Shown piece after piece: positions 48,173 through 57,701 of a stretch of 64,000 bases of DNA (positions within the stretch are counted from its first letter, which is position 1; the number at the start of each line of letters is the position of its first letter). A program made the position numbers and the translations under genes. The notes under the pieces are model-generated. The model was not told the origin of the DNA and did not search any database. It saw only the letters and a program-made list of their open reading frames with translations. The DNA is from Armatimonadota bacterium (lineage in GTDB: Bacteria; Armatimonadota; SYMT01): assembly GCA_041690135.1 (NCBI GenBank), contig JAWLHY010000020.1, positions 25,542 to 89,541 on the forward strand. Reading direction: 5' to 3'.

Positions 48173-48435
48173 AGGATGAACGAGGGTAAGGATAAAGAAG
48201 CAGCGAGGATAAGGACAAAGATGGAACGGGGCACAGGATCACGAGGAGACAATCATCAGAAGCGGTTGATTGGTATCCTACCTCACATGTGTGGTCACGT
48301 GGCCCCTGTCGCAAACGTGATACGTGGGAGAGTCGGCGAAGGTATATGCCCCGAGGGGGTGCGGTTGCCGGGTGCCCATAGAGTGGGTGTGGGCGTTCGC
48401 GCTGCTTCCGCTTGCGACTTTTAGCCGCCGCAAGT

Positions 48436-49296
48436 TCAAGGGCGGATGCCGCGGCGCGTGAGGCCAGTGAAGAAGCGCGGCTCCAACGGCTCGCCGTGGG
48501 CGTATACGGCCCAGTGGAGATGCGGCCCCGTGCTGACCCCGGTACTCCCCACTCTTCCGAGGCGGGCGCCTTTGAGAATCGTTTGACCCTGGCGCACGGT
48601 GATAGCGCTCATGTGGATGTACAGGCTGGTGAGACCCTGACCGTGGTCGAGCACCACGGTTTTGCCATGCTTTCGATAGGAGCCGGCCAGCGCTACCCGG
48701 CCCGTGGCTGGAGCCAGGATAGGAGTCCCGGTGGGCGCGGCGATGTCCAACCCGCGATGCCGACCTACCGCCTTACCGTTGCGCACGCGCTTCACGCCGA
48801 AGGGCGTGGAAAGTCGTCCGCGCGTTGGTAGTGCCCATTGGCCTTTCCAGAGCCGACGATCGGAGAGAGTGCGGATGGCTCCCGAGATGGCCGCGTCTTC
48901 TTTCTCTACCCCCGGATAGCGGTAAAGCGCTTCTGTGCGCGGTGACATCCGCAGGCGCTGTACCGGAAACTTGACCGGGGCGATTTCCACTTTTCGACGG
49001 ATTTCCTCCGGCTCAGCGCTTGCATCCCATTTCAGATGCAAAGTGTGCCCGCCCGCCGGAGTGTCCGAAGGCACGGGTAGAACGGCGAGCCAGTCCTGAC
49101 CACTTCGGTACAGGGGATAAGATTTCTGTTGCCATAGTGCCTCCGGCTTTGTCGTTGCCGGGGCGGACAGCCGCACGAACAAAGCGTCGCCCTGCCGGGG
49201 AAGGGCCGGTTGGATCGCAACCGTGGGCCGGTTTGCTGATCCGGGAACCATCCACAGGGCCTGAACCGTCAGAATGAGGGGAAACCAACCACGCAT
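48436..49296 (-). CDS. M23 family metallopeptidase
   Basis: STPFG, HRGLD, DHGQG, YIH and GSTGVSTGPHLH. Confidence 0.93.
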   Translation of the reverse strand: MRGWFPLILTVQALWMVPGSANRPTVAIQPALPRQGDALFVRLSAPATTKPEALWQQKSYPLYRSGQDWLAVLPVPSDTPAGGHTLHLKWDASAEPEEIRRKVEIAPVKFPVQRLRMSPRTEALYRYPGVEKEDAAISGAIRTLSDRRLWKGQWALPTRGRLSTPFGVKRVRNGKAVGRHRGLDIAAPTGTPILAPATGRVALAGSYRKHGKTVVLDHGQGLTSLYIHMSAITVRQGQTILKGARLGRVGSTGVSTGPHLHWAVYAHGEPLEPRFFTGLTRRGIRP

Positions 49297-49357
49297 CTCG
49301 GACGGAATCTGCCCACCTCTCCATCGGCCCAAAACAACCTTCACGGGAGACCCAGCC

Positions 49358-50476
49358 ATGAAGATCCGCCCCGTTTACCATACCGTGCTCGCCGCGCTGG
49401 CTCTGGCCACCCCCATTCTGCCGGCGTGCGCCGAGCCGATACCGGCTGCCACCGGGGTCCTGCGGGATTACAGTGGCACCGGAGTCATTCAGATTGAGAT
49501 CCCTCCTACCAGTGCGCCCGAGAAGGCATCCGAGAATCGCGACACTGGCGCCCCCGCTGCGGACAAGGCGTCCGCAGCCCCGAAAGAACAGAAGAAGGGC
49601 GAGGCGGAGAAGGTGGTAAATCCGGGCACGTTCCTGGTCTTCGACTACCGCCAGGCTTATGTCCGCCCGGACTGCTACCTGATGGAGACCCTGTACCTGG
49701 GGGCGCGAGAGATAACGACCGGCATAGGAAACACGGAACGGACCTTCTCGGTTGGCTCACCCTATGTGATCGATCGTATCTTCAAGAACATCGATCCCAT
49801 CCGGGATAATCCGATGCGGGTTGCGAAGAATGCACTGGTCACCTACGGCCGTGTCTTTGGCGAGCTAACCTCGGGCAAGTTGCTTCCCGCCGAAAACCTG
49901 GACCTGTTGAAGCAGTCCCTCACCCAGCGGATTCTCGAGTTGGGAGAAGAGCGCCGCCGCCTGCGCATGAGCGTGGACCCGGCCGACATTCCGAGGGCCA
50001 ACGCCAGCGCCGCCGAACAGGCGCGCCTACGGGACGACCTGGGACAACTAGAGTTACGCAAGAAGCACCCGTGCCACATCGTCCGCTTCGAAAACAAGGA
50101 CGTGATGCAGGCGTTGCTGGAGAAGGGCCTACTCAGCGGCTTCAACGCGGAAATGCTGGACGGCGGCACCACCACGATCTGGCTGACGAAGGCCGAAGGG
50201 CTGCCGATCAAGATCGAAACCACCGCCCGTAACGGACGGATGGCCCTGTTCGTCATCCTCAAGGACTTCAAGATCAACGCGGGCCTGCGACCCAGTGACC
50301 TGACCCTGGGGCTCCCACCGGACGCGCAACTGATCCGTGTGACGGCCGATCTCGAGGACCTCGGCTGGGAGCAGAAGCTAGAGCAAGAAGTGGCTGCTCG
50401 CGTAGCCCGCCTGGAGGAGCAGCGCCAGGCTGCCAAGCAGTCGGAGAAGCTGCAGAAGTTCAAAAGAAAGCCATGA
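49358..50476 (+). CDS. Hypothetical exported protein (LolA-like C-terminal pattern)
   Basis: Signal peptide; TIWLTKAEGLPIKIET...FKINAGL..LPPDA resembles LolA-fold ends; internal coiled coil. Confidence 0.65.
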   Translation: MKIRPVYHTVLAALALATPILPACAEPIPAATGVLRDYSGTGVIQIEIPPTSAPEKASENRDTGAPAADKASAAPKEQKKGEAEKVVNPGTFLVFDYRQAYVRPDCYLMETLYLGAREITTGIGNTERTFSVGSPYVIDRIFKNIDPIRDNPMRVAKNALVTYGRVFGELTSGKLLPAENLDLLKQSLTQRILELGEERRRLRMSVDPADIPRANASAAEQARLRDDLGQLELRKKHPCHIVRFENKDVMQALLEKGLLSGFNAEMLDGGTTTIWLTKAEGLPIKIETTARNGRMALFVILKDFKINAGLRPSDLTLGLPPDAQLIRVTADLEDLGWEQKLEQEVAARVARLEEQRQAAKQSEKLQKFKRKP

Positions 50477-52434
50477 CATCCCCCCGGGAGACGGCCGCTT
50501 CCGATCCGGGGGTGGCCGAGGACTTGCTGAACCGCTACTTCGGCTACTCGGCGTTTCTCCCCGGCCAGGAGGCGGTAATCCGCGTGCTTCTGCAGGGCGG
50601 CAGCGCCGTCGCCATCTTTCCGACCGGTGGCGGCAAGTCCCTCTGTTACCAGTTGCCGGCGCTTGCGTTCGAAGGGGTGACGCTGGTTGTCTCCCCTCTC
50701 ATCGCGCTGATGAAGGATCAGATCGACTTCCTGCAGGCACGCGGCATCGCGGCGGCCCGCCTGGACTCGACCCTCTCCCTGCAGGAAACGCTGGCGATCA
50801 ACGATCAACTCCGCGAAGGGTCCCTCAAGCTCCTCTATGTTGCGCCCGAGCGCTTCAACAACGAGCGGTTCCTCTCACAACTCCAGCGCACTTCCATCTC
50901 CCTACTCGCCATCGACGAGGCCCACTGTATCTCGGAATGGGGGCACAACTTCCGGCCGGATTACCTCAAGCTGGCGGAGATCGCGCGCACTCTGCAAGTC
51001 CCGCGAGTCCTGGCCCTCACCGCAACGGCAACTCCCTCCGTGGTTGAAGATATCCGAGCGGCATTCGAAATACCTCCCGGGAATGCGGTGGTAACGGGTT
51101 TTTACCGCCCCAATCTCGAGCTGCATACCACCCCGGTACCCGCGGCGGACCGCGACACCCTCCTGCTGGAGCGGTTGCGGAGCCGACCTCCCGGACCCAC
51201 CATCGTTTACGTAACGCTTCAGCGTACGGCGGAAGAAGTGGCCGCTCGACTTAGCGCCGAAGGCCTCCCGGCGCGAGCCTACCATGCGGGAATGGACCAT
51301 GTGGACCGAGCCCAGGTCCAGGATGCGTGGATGGCCTCCGACCGCGGCATTGTGGTGGCAACGATTGCCTTTGGGATGGGGATCGACAAGACCAATGTCC
51401 GCTACGTTTACCACTACAACTTGCCGAAGAGCCTAGAGAGCTACAGCCAGGAAATCGGCAGGGCCGGACGAGACGGCGCCCCCTCCGTGGTGGAGCTGTT
51501 CGCCACGCCGGAAGACGTGCCGACCCTGGAAAGCTTCGCCTTCGGCGATACTCCCGCCGAGAGTTCCATCGGAGACCTGGTATCGGAACTGCTGAACGGT
51601 GGACCCGAGCTGGCCATCAGCCAATACGAGCTCGCGAACCGCCACGATATCCGGACGCTGGTCCTGCGGACGCTGTTGACCTACCTCGAACTTCAGGGTG
51701 TCTTCCGCCAGGGCACCCCGTTTTACGCGGGCTACGAAGTCCGTCCACTGATACCGATTGACGAGATTATCGGACAGTTCCAAGGCGAGCCGGCACAACT
51801 GGTCCAAAGCCTGTTCCAGTTCGCGAAGAAAGGCCGGACCTGGTACTCACTCAACCCGGACGAAGCCGCGGGAGCACTCCAGCAAGAACGCCGGCGAGTA
51901 GTCCGCGCTCTGGAGTACCTCCAAGAACACGGGTGGGTAGAGCTCCGGACGGCTGATCTCCGGCACCGCTATTACCGGGTCGACCCGGAAGGTGGTGCAG
52001 ATGCGCTGGCGCCGCTGACGGAAGATCTGAACCGCAGGTTCCAGACTCGGGAGAACCGAGAAATCGAACGGGTGCGGATGGTTCTCGACCTGGTGACACA
52101 TACCGGCTGCCAGACCCGCTACCTGGCGAGCTATTTCGGTGAAGAGCGCGCGGAAGACTGCGGGCACTGTACCTACTGCCGAACGGACCGGCCCTCGCAA
52201 TTACCGCCTCTCCCCCCACCGCCGGCTCCCCCCGGTAACCTGGACGTATCGCAGTTTGAATCCCTGCGGCGTACGCATCCGGAGGCCCTCGGACATCCAC
52301 GGCAGGCCGCACGTTTCCTCTGTGGTCTGACAAGCCCCGCGCTAACCCGTGCCAAACTCACCCGCCATCCGCTCTTCGGCGCGCTGGAAGGGTACCGCTT
52401 TCCCGACGTCCTCGCCTGGTGCGAAACGCTCTAG
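50473..52434 (+). CDS. RecQ-family ATP-dependent DNA helicase (no HRDC)
   Basis: PTGGGKSLCYQ, DEAHCISEWGHNFRPDY, ATIAFGMGIDK, QEIGRAGRDG and a Zn site C...CGHCTYC. Confidence 0.95.
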   Translation: MTSPRETAASDPGVAEDLLNRYFGYSAFLPGQEAVIRVLLQGGSAVAIFPTGGGKSLCYQLPALAFEGVTLVVSPLIALMKDQIDFLQARGIAAARLDSTLSLQETLAINDQLREGSLKLLYVAPERFNNERFLSQLQRTSISLLAIDEAHCISEWGHNFRPDYLKLAEIARTLQVPRVLALTATATPSVVEDIRAAFEIPPGNAVVTGFYRPNLELHTTPVPAADRDTLLLERLRSRPPGPTIVYVTLQRTAEEVAARLSAEGLPARAYHAGMDHVDRAQVQDAWMASDRGIVVATIAFGMGIDKTNVRYVYHYNLPKSLESYSQEIGRAGRDGAPSVVELFATPEDVPTLESFAFGDTPAESSIGDLVSELLNGGPELAISQYELANRHDIRTLVLRTLLTYLELQGVFRQGTPFYAGYEVRPLIPIDEIIGQFQGEPAQLVQSLFQFAKKGRTWYSLNPDEAAGALQQERRRVVRALEYLQEHGWVELRTADLRHRYYRVDPEGGADALAPLTEDLNRRFQTRENREIERVRMVLDLVTHTGCQTRYLASYFGEERAEDCGHCTYCRTDRPSQLPPLPPPPAPPGNLDVSQFESLRRTHPEALGHPRQAARFLCGLTSPALTRAKLTRHPLFGALEGYRFPDVLAWCETL

Positions 52435-52509
52435 AACCGGACGGCGCCGTCGCGCGTAATAACCTGTGAGGGGTAGGTCAGACCCCGGCAACTCACCTCA
52501 AGGTAGCTG

Positions 52510-53667
52510 ATGTCGCAAGTCACCGTTTCCGGTTCAACGAGTCCGAAACCTCGCACGTGGTCCGCGCTCCTTCGAGTGGGCCTGGCACTGGGAAGCACGC
52601 TCTTCACCTGCGCCCTGCTAGAGGTAGCCCTGCGGGTGGTCCATCCCATCCCCCTCCACTCGACCGATACTTATCTCGCCCCCATATCCCCCGACGGCGC
52701 TGGCCCCGGCGCAAAGGCGGGCGCGATGCTCCTCGTACCCGGATCGGAAGGACGCGACACCAAGCCCGAGTTCGACGTACCGGTGAAGATCAACTCGCAT
52801 GGACTGCGGGACCGCGAGTTTACTTACGAAAAAGCTCCGAACACCTATCGGATTCTCGTGCTGGGCGACTCGCAGACGTTCGGGTTCGGAGTGCACGCCG
52901 AGGAAAGTTATCCCAAGGTGCTGGAGCGGTTGCTCCGAAAGGAGTCCCGGCGCCCGGTGGAGGTCATCAACACGGGCGTCCCCGGCTCGGGCACCGCGCA
53001 CCAACTGTTCTTCCTGGAACACCAGGGCTGGAAGTACCAGCCCGATCTGGTGGTGGTGGGCTACTTCTTTAACGACATCACCAACAATTCGCTCTGCCAG
53101 CTCTACAATGTCCGGGACGGCCGCCTGATCCGGAGCGCTGCCACTTCGCTCCGCGAAGAAGATGAGTTGTGGAAACAGAGCGACGGGAAAAAGGGCGTGA
53201 TCGCCTACCACCTCCCCAAGGTATCGCGACCCAACCCCCCGTTCTGGATCCGGCACTCGCACCTGGCGCGGCTCGTACGGCAGAGTATCTCCAACGTCAA
53301 GCAGCAGTCGACACAGGAGGTTCGGACCGACCGGATGGCAAACGCCCGAAAGCTGACCACGCACTTGCTGGGAGAGATCAGCCGCCAGTGCGAGGAACGC
53401 GGCATCCCGTGTGTGGTGGCGCTCCTCCCTTCCATCCGGGAGTGCATTCACCGGCCGGATGAGGACCTGGCCGTCCGGAACGCCGACCTGCTGACCCAGG
53501 TGAAGGGCCCGAAAACAATCACCTTCGACCTGATGCCGGCGTTTCGCAAGGCGGGCTACCAGCCGCTCTTCTACCCCCAGGACGAACACTTCACCGCTGC
53601 GGGGCACCAGAAGGTCGGAGAACTCCTGGCGGGAAAGATCCGCCAGGTAGAAAAGCGCTTCCAGTAG
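52510..53667 (+). CDS. SGNH/GDSL hydrolase family protein, membrane-anchored
   Basis: INSHGLRD, LGDSQTFG, INTGVPG, FFND and DEHFTAAGH. Confidence 0.9.
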   Translation: MSQVTVSGSTSPKPRTWSALLRVGLALGSTLFTCALLEVALRVVHPIPLHSTDTYLAPISPDGAGPGAKAGAMLLVPGSEGRDTKPEFDVPVKINSHGLRDREFTYEKAPNTYRILVLGDSQTFGFGVHAEESYPKVLERLLRKESRRPVEVINTGVPGSGTAHQLFFLEHQGWKYQPDLVVVGYFFNDITNNSLCQLYNVRDGRLIRSAATSLREEDELWKQSDGKKGVIAYHLPKVSRPNPPFWIRHSHLARLVRQSISNVKQQSTQEVRTDRMANARKLTTHLLGEISRQCEERGIPCVVALLPSIRECIHRPDEDLAVRNADLLTQVKGPKTITFDLMPAFRKAGYQPLFYPQDEHFTAAGHQKVGELLAGKIRQVEKRFQ

Positions 53668-53676
53668 GGTTTGGGG

Positions 53677-56058
53677 CTACTTTGCCCCCATTGGTGGCTC
53701 CTTCACGGGCAACACCACCCCGTGCACCCGGAAGGAACCGGCCCGCCGCACCTCCGACTTGAGCACCCACTCGAGGCGGAGTTTCTCCGCGGGTTCGGTA
53801 AGTACCGGAAAATGCCCGTCAATCCGGTACCGGGTGCCCTTTCCGCCCCTCTCCAACCCCGAATCAACGCCGGCAACGGCATGGCTGTTGCCGGAGGCGT
53901 CTATCAGAAGCGGATGCAGTTTTTTCCCTTCCGGCGCTTCCATTCGGACTTCCGGCGGCGCCGTAATGCTACCGGAGATCCGGAGGCCCTTCTGATGAGC
54001 CGGATCCGCTTTCCGAAGCTCGTCGTCTGCTTCTCCGGGTGCCAATTTGAGCTCAATGTGGACGGGCCCGACCTGCCGACGGATGATCGAGGGCAAGGGC
54101 TTGAGTGGGATCTCCAGCTTCACCGGCTCGACGCGCGACCAGTAGAGGAAGTCCCCCTCGATCCAATCCAGGCGCCTCACTCCGGAAGCGGGACGCGGCA
54201 GCGCCCAGGCGGTGTGCCACAAGCGGTGGCTTGGCGTCACTGGTAGCTGAGCTGCCGTGAACAAACGTCCCTGATCGTCCCGCGCGACTACATTGACGAC
54301 CCTGACGAGCCGGTCGGAGAACTCCGGCGTGGTCATTCCTGAAAGCGTGAGCCGTGTATTACCTGTGTGCCGGAGTTCCGGGGGATCCACAAACCGCACG
54401 GACCGATCTTCCCAAAGGGTGCTTCGGACCTCCGAAACCGTGATGCCGTGCTGCTTGCGCTCCACCGGCGCCGGCGCCACGGGCTCCGGCGGCGCGTTTG
54501 ACTTTGCAGGGGGCCGGGAGGTGCCATTCTTCTGCAGGCGCAGCGCGGGGAGCGTGACCTTCCCCTGCGGCACCGTTACGAATGTTTCGGCCCCTGTCCA
54601 GTCACCCGGCAGCGCTCCACCCTCCCCCGTGGGTTGATAGAGCCGGAGGAGGCGGTAGGTCCCCGGCCACAGTCCCGTCAGCACGGCCACCCCACCCTTC
54701 ACCGGCGCTTCGAACCACGTCGATGCTTGACCCCCCAACTCCGCCTGCGGGGTCAGGCCGAAGTAGACGATGCCGGGAGGGGCCGGACGGTCGCCCACCC
54801 GTACCGGGCTCACGAGTTCCGCCCCGTCCCGTTGGTAAAGGGAATGCCCGTCCGCCAGCGGGGTCGTGGTCAGCGATACGTCCCCCGCGCTACCGCCTGG
54901 CTGCTCCGGCGGCAGGGGGATGTCCCGCAAGCGGAACGTAGCGATCCGTTCGATCGCGTCGCGCTGGAGGAGGTGGAACTCGAAGCGAACCAGCGGCTCC
55001 TCGATCCGCGGAAACGTCCACTCCAGATCCTTCGCATGGTCCGCTGGAAACCCTTCCGGAGCCGGAGAGCCGGAGGCCCTACCCCCGGAGTAAATTCGAC
55101 CGGAAGCACCGACGAGCAGTGGAAAGGGGAAACCGGACAGTCCCGGTGATGCTAGCTGCTCGCCAAGCTCTGTCCCTGGCGGGCACGATAACCGGCCTAC
55201 GACCACCGGACCGCCCAACATCAGGCCATCGTCTGCCGATCCCGTTCCCGGCCGAACCGCGAGCAATTCGAACCCAAAACCACCCTCTCGCCACCGGCTC
55301 CGGCTGCGCCGCAGCGGCAGCGGCATCTCGATCCGGTACCGGCGGAAGTTGCGGTAGGCGTACAGGTCACCCTGCACGGAGACCAGGCGCTTCTCGCTGG
55401 CATGCGGTGGGGGAAGGGTGACTCCAAAAGTGCAGCGACCCGGCCGGGCAAAAGCAGGGGCTACCCCGCGCTGCATGTCCCGGTCCCGAAGTACGCGCCC
55501 CCGATCGTCCACTGCCGTCACATTCTCGACGTGGGCCAATGAGAACGCATCTCTCCCACCGGGTCGCACTTCCACGCCCAGGTGCAATTGATCGTCCAGG
55601 GGCCGCGCCGGCGTCACGGAGTGGATGACCGCCCGGCCCACCCCAATCCGCAGGCCGTTCACCTCCACCTGACTGGTGGGTCGTACCGGCCATGCCTCGC
55701 GTGGGTCCTCCGCCGGCCAGAGCGAAAACACCCCACCCGGCCCCACCCAGGCCCATACTCCATACCGCTGCCCCAGGGCCTCCAGGGCCTCGGCGGCCGT
55801 GACATCACTCCAGTCAAAAGAGAAACGCGTTTCCAGCCGGGCGCGGGTCTCCTCTGAAAGGGGCCTCGCCGGCGAATTGAGCGCAAAATCAATCGGCAGA
55901 CGACTTGCAGTTCGCAAGACAGCCACCGCCTCGACGCAATTGGCTCGCTCCAGACGGATGCCGAGAGGTCCCACACCGGGGCTCGTGTCCACTGCCCGCC
56001 CCTGGGCCGCCGCCACGCTTCCGAGCAACAGCACCCCAACAAAGATCCTGCGCCACAT
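53677..56058 (-). CDS. Hypothetical exported protein with internally duplicated domain
   Basis: Signal peptide MWRRIFVGVLLL and two homologous beta-rich blocks. Confidence 0.7.
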   Translation of the reverse strand: MWRRIFVGVLLLGSVAAAQGRAVDTSPGVGPLGIRLERANCVEAVAVLRTASRLPIDFALNSPARPLSEETRARLETRFSFDWSDVTAAEALEALGQRYGVWAWVGPGGVFSLWPAEDPREAWPVRPTSQVEVNGLRIGVGRAVIHSVTPARPLDDQLHLGVEVRPGGRDAFSLAHVENVTAVDDRGRVLRDRDMQRGVAPAFARPGRCTFGVTLPPPHASEKRLVSVQGDLYAYRNFRRYRIEMPLPLRRSRSRWREGGFGFELLAVRPGTGSADDGLMLGGPVVVGRLSCPPGTELGEQLASPGLSGFPFPLLVGASGRIYSGGRASGSPAPEGFPADHAKDLEWTFPRIEEPLVRFEFHLLQRDAIERIATFRLRDIPLPPEQPGGSAGDVSLTTTPLADGHSLYQRDGAELVSPVRVGDRPAPPGIVYFGLTPQAELGGQASTWFEAPVKGGVAVLTGLWPGTYRLLRLYQPTGEGGALPGDWTGAETFVTVPQGKVTLPALRLQKNGTSRPPAKSNAPPEPVAPAPVERKQHGITVSEVRSTLWEDRSVRFVDPPELRHTGNTRLTLSGMTTPEFSDRLVRVVNVVARDDQGRLFTAAQLPVTPSHRLWHTAWALPRPASGVRRLDWIEGDFLYWSRVEPVKLEIPLKPLPSIIRRQVGPVHIELKLAPGEADDELRKADPAHQKGLRISGSITAPPEVRMEAPEGKKLHPLLIDASGNSHAVAGVDSGLERGGKGTRYRIDGHFPVLTEPAEKLRLEWVLKSEVRRAGSFRVHGVVLPVKEPPMGAK

Positions 56059-56336
56059 TCGCCCACTCCCTTCCAACCGCCTGGCTGCCCGCTACTCTGA
56101 TCTGATGACGAGTTGACCTGGCACGTTCCACACATTTCCTGGGAGCGGACGCAGGCGAGCGAAGATCACTGGATCGAGTCCTGGTGACGAACTCATCAAC
56201 TCCCGCAACCCCGGCGCACCGCAGAACTCCCAAAGAAGGGACGCGAGCGAAATCGCACTGCGGCTAGCGACCCCTGCGCGCCAATCTGGTGAGCACATTG
56301 CGAACGCCTGCGCCGTCGTAGGCAAAAAGGACCTCG

Positions 56337-57698
56337 ATGGATAGACGCACTCCGTGTAACGGACCGCTCCACCGCCGCGATCTGCTGCGGCTCGGCTTGC
56401 TCAGCGGTGCGGCGGGCCTCAGCCTTCCGGATCTCCTCCGGCTGAAGGAAGCGGCGGCCGCCGAACGGAAGCAGGCGTCCCCGCGATCCGAGACATCCGT
56501 GATCCTGGTGTTTTGCCACGGGGGACCGAGCCACCTCGACACATACGACCTCAAGCCGGAGGCGACCGCCGAATACCGCGGACCCTACAAACCCATCCGC
56601 ACCAATGTCCCCGGAATCGAGATCAGCGAGCTCTTTCCCCTCCAGGCAAAGATCGCCGACAAGTTTGCTCTCGTCCGCTCCGTCCACCACGCCCACTTCG
56701 ACCACCAGGACGGGGCGCAAATGTTTCTCACCGGCCGCAAGCCGTTGACCATCAAGCCGAAGCCCGACCACCCGGACTTCATCGCGGTGACGGCCCGCAT
56801 GCGGGAGGCGACCAGTCGCGACCTACCGCCTTCCATCGGCTTGCCGCCCGTCGAATTCTCGGGACCCGGGTTCCTCGGTCCCTCTTACGCACCCTTCCGC
56901 GTGCAGGGGGATCCCGACCGCGCAAATTTCGTGGTTCCCGACCTCGGCTCTGCGGATCCACGTTTCCTGGCCCGCACGGCTCGCCGGCAGCGGATCCGCA
57001 GCGCGGTCGATGGGATGCGGCGGGATCTCCTGGAATCCCGAGAAGTGGCCGCCGCGGACCGTTTTTACCAGAAGGCCGTGGACATCGTCACCAGTCCGGC
57101 GGCGGCGAAAGCGTTCGACCTGAGTGGTGAACCGGACAAGCTCCGCGACCGGTACGGTCGCAACCGTTGGGGCCAGAGCATGCTGCTGGCGCGCCGGCTG
57201 GTGGAAGCCGGCGTCAGCGTGGCCACCGTTGCGCTCTACGGCATCGGCAACTCCCCCGCCCATAACTGGGACGACCACGCCGTGAACTGGCACATCTTCG
57301 AGGCGATGAACCACCGCGCGCCCTACTACGACCAGGCGTTGACGGCTCTCATCGAAGATGTCTACGCGCGAGGTCTCGATCGGAACGTGCTCATCATCGC
57401 CACCGGGGAGTTCGGCCGCACCCCCAAGATCGAGTACAACAACGGCCGGCCCGGTCGGGACCACTACGCCTACGCCATGTCGATCCTGCTCGCGGGCGGC
57501 GGAATGCGGATGGGCCAGGTTATCGGCTCCACCAACTCGCTCGGCGAACACCCCGACGAACGCCCTCTGACCGTGGGCAACTTGCTCGAAACGGTGTACC
57601 GTCACCTGGGCATCGACACCTCACACGAATTAGTGGACAACTCCGGTCGTCCGCTGCGCATCCTGGACCCTGCCGAGCCGATCTCTGAGTTACTGTAA
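56337..57698 (+). CDS. DUF1501 domain protein (Tat signal)
   Basis: RRDLLR, GGPSHLDTYDLKP, WDDH, GEFGRTP and GRDHY. Confidence 0.92.
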   Translation: MDRRTPCNGPLHRRDLLRLGLLSGAAGLSLPDLLRLKEAAAAERKQASPRSETSVILVFCHGGPSHLDTYDLKPEATAEYRGPYKPIRTNVPGIEISELFPLQAKIADKFALVRSVHHAHFDHQDGAQMFLTGRKPLTIKPKPDHPDFIAVTARMREATSRDLPPSIGLPPVEFSGPGFLGPSYAPFRVQGDPDRANFVVPDLGSADPRFLARTARRQRIRSAVDGMRRDLLESREVAAADRFYQKAVDIVTSPAAAKAFDLSGEPDKLRDRYGRNRWGQSMLLARRLVEAGVSVATVALYGIGNSPAHNWDDHAVNWHIFEAMNHRAPYYDQALTALIEDVYARGLDRNVLIIATGEFGRTPKIEYNNGRPGRDHYAYAMSILLAGGGMRMGQVIGSTNSLGEHPDERPLTVGNLLETVYRHLGIDTSHELVDNSGRPLRILDPAEPISELL

Positions 57699-57701
57699 AG
57701 C

